From contig CAXXSR010000001.1 of assembly GCA_963662615.2 (NCBI GenBank), forward strand, positions 1,376,001 to 1,440,000: a DNA stretch of 64,000 bases. Direction: 5' to 3'. Shown in pieces: positions 60,651 through 64,000 of this stretch. This stretch comes from Dehalococcoidia bacterium (lineage in GTDB: Bacteria > Chloroflexota > Dehalococcoidia > Bin125). Positions within the stretch are counted from its first letter, which is position 1, and every line of letters starts with the position of its first letter. The notes below the pieces were generated by a model. It saw only the letters and a program-made list of their open reading frames with translations. It was not told the origin of the DNA and did no database searches. The position numbers and the translations under genes were made by a program.

Positions 60651-61811
60651 CTAGTGCGCCCGCGCGTGGTGCTGGGCAAGGATCTCGGCGCCAAAGTCGC
60701 CGTCCGGATCGCGCCAGACGGAATGGATATGGTTCGCGTCGTTCTGCGTGTTGTCGTACTCCACCAAAAACCGCGACCCCTGCAGCCGGTAGTAGTGTGG
60801 CTCGCCGCGCTCCACGCCTCCCGCCCAGGCGAAGTGCACCTCGTCCAACGCCTGCCCCGTCAGCTTCGACGCCTCAACCGCCGCGATCTCCTCCGGCATC
60901 CGCTCAACGTATTGCTGAATCAGCGCCCGCAGCAGATCCCGCTGCGACTCCCTCATCGTCGCGGCCGGTTGCCCCTTCGGCCGCCGCTCGTAGCGCAGCG
61001 CCGCCCGCTCCGCCTCACCGAAGCCCAGCGCCTCCTCCTCCCCCGGCCGCGACCCCCGCATCCGCTCCGCCCACGATTCCGAGATCGCATCGCCCATGAT
61101 CCGCCTCAACGGCAGCGGCAGCGCCCCCTCTTCCACGCGCGATCGGTTCGACTGCACGATGTCCGGCGGCGCCGCCGCCGAGATCACCGCCGTCGTACGC
61201 TGCTCCTCGTCCAGCGACCGCAGCAGCTCACGCGCCAGATCCTCTTCCCGTCCCAACGGCCGCAGCCGCGCCCCACCCACAAACGACGACTCCGCCGGGT
61301 TCGCCCCGAAGAAGGTCGGCGTCGGCGTGATCATCGCGCCATCGACGATCGTGTAGTGCAGAGAAACGTGATGGCCCCCGAAGCGCCACCCCCAATGCGG
61401 TCCGCCGGGCTCGCCGAACACGCTCAGGAAGTACATCATCGGGTCCCGCCAGCGGCTCGGCCCCTCCCGCCCGGGATACCCCAGCGCGCGCCCGCCCTCC
61501 CGCGCATCCAGCGTGTTCTCCAACCCCATGATCGTCGACGCCGTCACTTGGGCGGCGGCGCTGAGCCCGCTCGCCACCAGGCGCTGCGCCAGGCGCTGCT
61601 GATTCGCGTCCATGTCGGCCAGCGCCAACCCCCCGTGCTGCGTCGGCGTGTAGTACCAGCGCCTCAGCTCCGCTTCATCCCCAAGGGCGAACATCGCCGT
61701 CGCCCGCTGATCGGACGCCAGCGCCTCCATAAACTCGCTGGCCGCCGCCGCCATCCGCGCGGCCACCGCCCCGATCCCCGTCGCTCCCTGTTCGGCCCTG
61801 GTCGTAGTCAT
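60651..61811 (-). CDS. DUF3500 domain protein
   Basis: WGWRFGGHHVS, PTFFGANP, YYRLQG..FLVEYDNTQNDANHIHSVWRD. Confidence 0.9.
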   Translation of the reverse strand: MTTTRAEQGATGIGAVAARMAAAASEFMEALASDQRATAMFALGDEAELRRWYYTPTQHGGLALADMDANQQRLAQRLVASGLSAAAQVTASTIMGLENTLDAREGGRALGYPGREGPSRWRDPMMYFLSVFGEPGGPHWGWRFGGHHVSLHYTIVDGAMITPTPTFFGANPAESSFVGGARLRPLGREEDLARELLRSLDEEQRTTAVISAAAPPDIVQSNRSRVEEGALPLPLRRIMGDAISESWAERMRGSRPGEEEALGFGEAERAALRYERRPKGQPAATMRESQRDLLRALIQQYVERMPEEIAAVEASKLTGQALDEVHFAWAGGVERGEPHYYRLQGSRFLVEYDNTQNDANHIHSVWRDPDGDFGAEILAQHHARAH

Positions 61812-61847
61812 CGCTGCCCCCGCGCCTCGTCGGCGTTTGCCTCTCCG

Positions 61848-62320
61848 GACCTGTCCTTCCCTCCCGGGAAGGAGCTTGCCTGTCCCGCGCCCGCCCTTGC
61901 TGAGCTGTCCTTGCCTCCTGGGAAGGAGCCTGTCGAGCATTCCCAAGGCCCTCAACCGGCGCGACCCGCATGATACCGCAGGCCGCCCGCGCGCCCCGAC
62001 CTGTCCGGAGCGTGCCCGCCCTAATCCTTCCCCTCGGGGAGGACGAAGGGGCGCAGCGCGAACAGCGGCCGCCCCGCCCGTTCGTCCTGAGCTTGTCGAA
62101 GGGCCGAAGGGGCGAACGCGACGACCGCCCGCTCATCAACCGCCGGCGCGAGCCGCCACCAACACCGCGCCAGCCCGGATGACGCGCGAGCGCGCGTCGA
62201 AACATCCGCTCACCCTGAGCCTGTCGAAGGGTCGTCCTGATCTTGTCGAAGGACGAACGCACCTCCCCCTCTCCATCCTTCCCGCGGAAGGATGGAGAGG
62301 GGGCCGGGGGGTGAGGTCAC
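61848..62320 (+). repeat. Cluster of REP-like palindromic modules
   Basis: Several CCTGAGC(C/T)TGTCGAAGG, CCTTCCCTCCCGGGAAGG and CCCCCTCTCCATCC..GGATGGAGAGGGGG units. Confidence 0.85.
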
Positions 62321-62363
62321 CCGCTCGCCTGACCAGCGATGCTCGCCACAACCCTCGTCGCGC

Positions 62364-62618
62364 TTACGAAAAAACCTTGTAGACGTGGTCGCCCTTGCGG
62401 CAGCGCTCCCCCACCTTGATCCCCACCGACGCGCCCGCCCCAGCCTCCTCGACCTCCGCATTGTCGACCTGCATCGACTCCACAGTCTGTGTGAGATCGG
62501 TCGTGTGCCCGTGGATGTGAATCGTGTCCTGCAGCCGCAGCTCGCCCGTCAAGTCGATCCCCGCCACTCCGATCTTCGCAAAGTAGCCCCCTACGCGGCC
62601 AATCTCCTCTTCCGGCAC
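62364..62618 (-). CDS. Small translation-elongation-factor-like (EF-Tu domain II-like) protein
   Basis: IGRV..YFAKIGVAGI..G.TTD..Q.VESMQVD..VGIKV..R.R.GD.VY; AGGAGG RBS. Confidence 0.85.
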   Translation of the reverse strand: MPEEEIGRVGGYFAKIGVAGIDLTGELRLQDTIHIHGHTTDLTQTVESMQVDNAEVEEAGAGASVGIKVGERCRKGDHVYKVFS

Positions 62619-62746
62619 AACCCCCTCCTGTCCGTCGCGCCGTACCGATCCGGCGGCCCTGCTCAAGACGCGGACAGTCTACCCGGCCCGGGCCGGATCG
62701 CGTCAGCCGCGCTCGTATGGCCTGCGTGTCCCCGGACAAAGAGGGG

Positions 62747-62980
62747 TTAGACCAGCTCCGCGTCGTAGTAGGAGGGGTACCGCTCAGGCGGACCCACCAG
62801 CGCCCGCCCGCCACAGCGAGTGCAGTTCAGCGCCCCGCTGGCGTTCGCCTGCACCATCGCCGTGCTGGGCAGTGTCGGCGGCGCCACGTACCGCACCCGC
62901 CCGTCACGACGCTCCACTCGCCCCAGCTCGCGACTGCAGAGCAAGTAACGGATGGGGGCCGTCATGTAGGCCACCGTCAC
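62747..62980 (-). CDS. Small Zn-ribbon-like protein
   Basis: IRYLLCSRELG ... CTRCGG; start uncertain. Confidence 0.55.
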   Translation of the reverse strand: MTVAYMTAPIRYLLCSRELGRVERRDGRVRYVAPPTLPSTAMVQANASGALNCTRCGGRALVGPPERYPSYYDAELV

Positions 62981-63177
62981 ACCTCGTCCCCGCTCGGCGT
63001 CTCCCGCCGACGCCATCCCATTGTGGAGGGGCGCCGCCTCATCGGCGCCCCTGATGGGGCAGTTCTCCTCTGATATAGGAGCCGCCGGCCGCCAAGAGTG
63101 GGGGCAACCCTCACCCATCCCCACCCTGCCAAGGCATCCCCCTCGTCCGAAACGTCAGACGGTATTGTTCTGCCACC

Positions 63178-63195
63178 GTTAAGCCTTTGTTAAGC
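63178..63195. promoter_or_regulatory. Direct repeat GTTAAGC-N4-GTTAAGC (OmpR/PhoB-type box)
   Basis: 11-bp periodicity, AT-rich, about 60 bp upstream of the spondin gene. Confidence 0.45.
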
Positions 63196-63254
63196 ACTTC
63201 GACCGACACTGCTCAGCGGACTAGACTCTCGGCGCACAACAAGGAGGCTCCTGC

Positions 63255-64000
63255 ATGAAATCCTCGCTCCTCGGACCAATGCTCGGCGGCCTGGCGATCG
63301 TCGCCGCCGTCGCCGCTCTGGGTGCCGCGCTCCTCGCCGCTTCAGCGAGCGCGCAAAATCCCACCACGTTCCGTGTCACCATCACCAACCAGAGCAACCC
63401 GGAAATGAACATCACGCCGGGCGCCTACGTCATCCACACGACCGCCAACGCATTCTGGTCGGCCGGATCGCAGGCCGATCTTGGCCTAGAGCGCATCGCC
63501 GAGATCGGCGATCCCGCGGAGGCCGTGTCCTCCTTGGGGGCCGGGGCGCTCGATGCCGCGCCCGGCAACGGCGACACCGTCGTCATCGAGTTCACCGCTT
63601 CCCCCGGCGACCACCTCTCCTTCGCACAGATGCTGATCGCCACCAACGACGCCTTCGTCGGCCTCAACTCCATGCCGCTGTTCCAAGGCAGCCAGCCCAC
63701 CGCCGGCACCTTCGGGCTCATCGCTTGGGACGCCGGCACGGAGGAGAACGCGGAGATCGGAAGCGGCTTCGACTTCGGCCAGCCCGACCCGGCCCGCGGC
63801 GCCGACAACGTGGACAACGGCACGACCACCACCGACCCTATCGTCGCCAGCGATCAGTTCGACGGCATTCAGGCCACCGTCTCCATCCTTCCCATCGTCG
63901 AGACACTCTCCGTGCCCGCCGGCCTCAACCTGATCGGCTGGACCGGAGCCGACGTTTCAACGGCCGACTTCCTCGCCGCCAACCCGGACGTGCAGCAGCT
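63255..64000 (+). CDS. Secreted spondin-domain protein (3' end outside window; not in ORF track)
   Basis: AAGGAGG RBS; signal peptide; FRVTITN, LERIAE.G, MLIATNDAF, WDAGTEEN; then PAGLNLIGWTG module. Confidence 0.88.
   Translation, partial: MKSSLLGPMLGGLAIVAAVAALGAALLAASASAQNPTTFRVTITNQSNPEMNITPGAYVIHTTANAFWSAGSQADLGLERIAEIGDPAEAVSSLGAGALDAAPGNGDTVVIEFTASPGDHLSFAQMLIATNDAFVGLNSMPLFQGSQPTAGTFGLIAWDAGTEENAEIGSGFDFGQPDPARGADNVDNGTTTTDPIVASDQFDGIQATVSILPIVETLSVPAGLNLIGWTGADVSTADFLAANPDVQQ

Noticed and set aside
59574-61973. 799-aa plus-strand ORF, and similar long ORFs at 11867-13912, 16925-18745, 25961-27703, 27890-29905 and 36592-38514
   Set aside because: Antisense shadow ORFs of well-supported genes in high-GC DNA

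Overview
High-GC bacterial window. Gene content (LLM monooxygenase, split ADP-forming acyl-CoA ligase, class F sortase, small Zn-ribbon proteins) suggests Chloroflexota/Dehalococcoidia; this is an inference, no rRNA is present. 1-14.1 kb is housekeeping (acs, glyoxylate reductase, PRTase, acyl-CoA ligase, iscS, pth, mfd, tRNA-Pro). 14.1-52.7 kb is accessory and partly decaying. It holds a YLDP-peptide/NoeA-like kinase-methyltransferase/sulfatase-like cassette, a plsY-GNAT-aminotransferase aminolipid operon, frc plus a TPP enzyme, and a MEDS/hybrid-kinase/deiodinase-like/thioredoxin/haloalkane-dehalogenase block. It also holds a B12 radical SAM enzyme, a sortase-type beta-propeller, an IS3 element, gene remnants and an ABC exporter bracketed by a 91-bp direct repeat. 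52.7-64 kb has a probable UGA-recoded OsmC-like selenoprotein heading gcvT-H-PA-PB, then a sortase, an LLM, a DUF3500 protein and a spondin protein. Nested REP-like palindromes and short tandem duplications recur throughout. Family assignments come from motif recognition by eye, not database searches.
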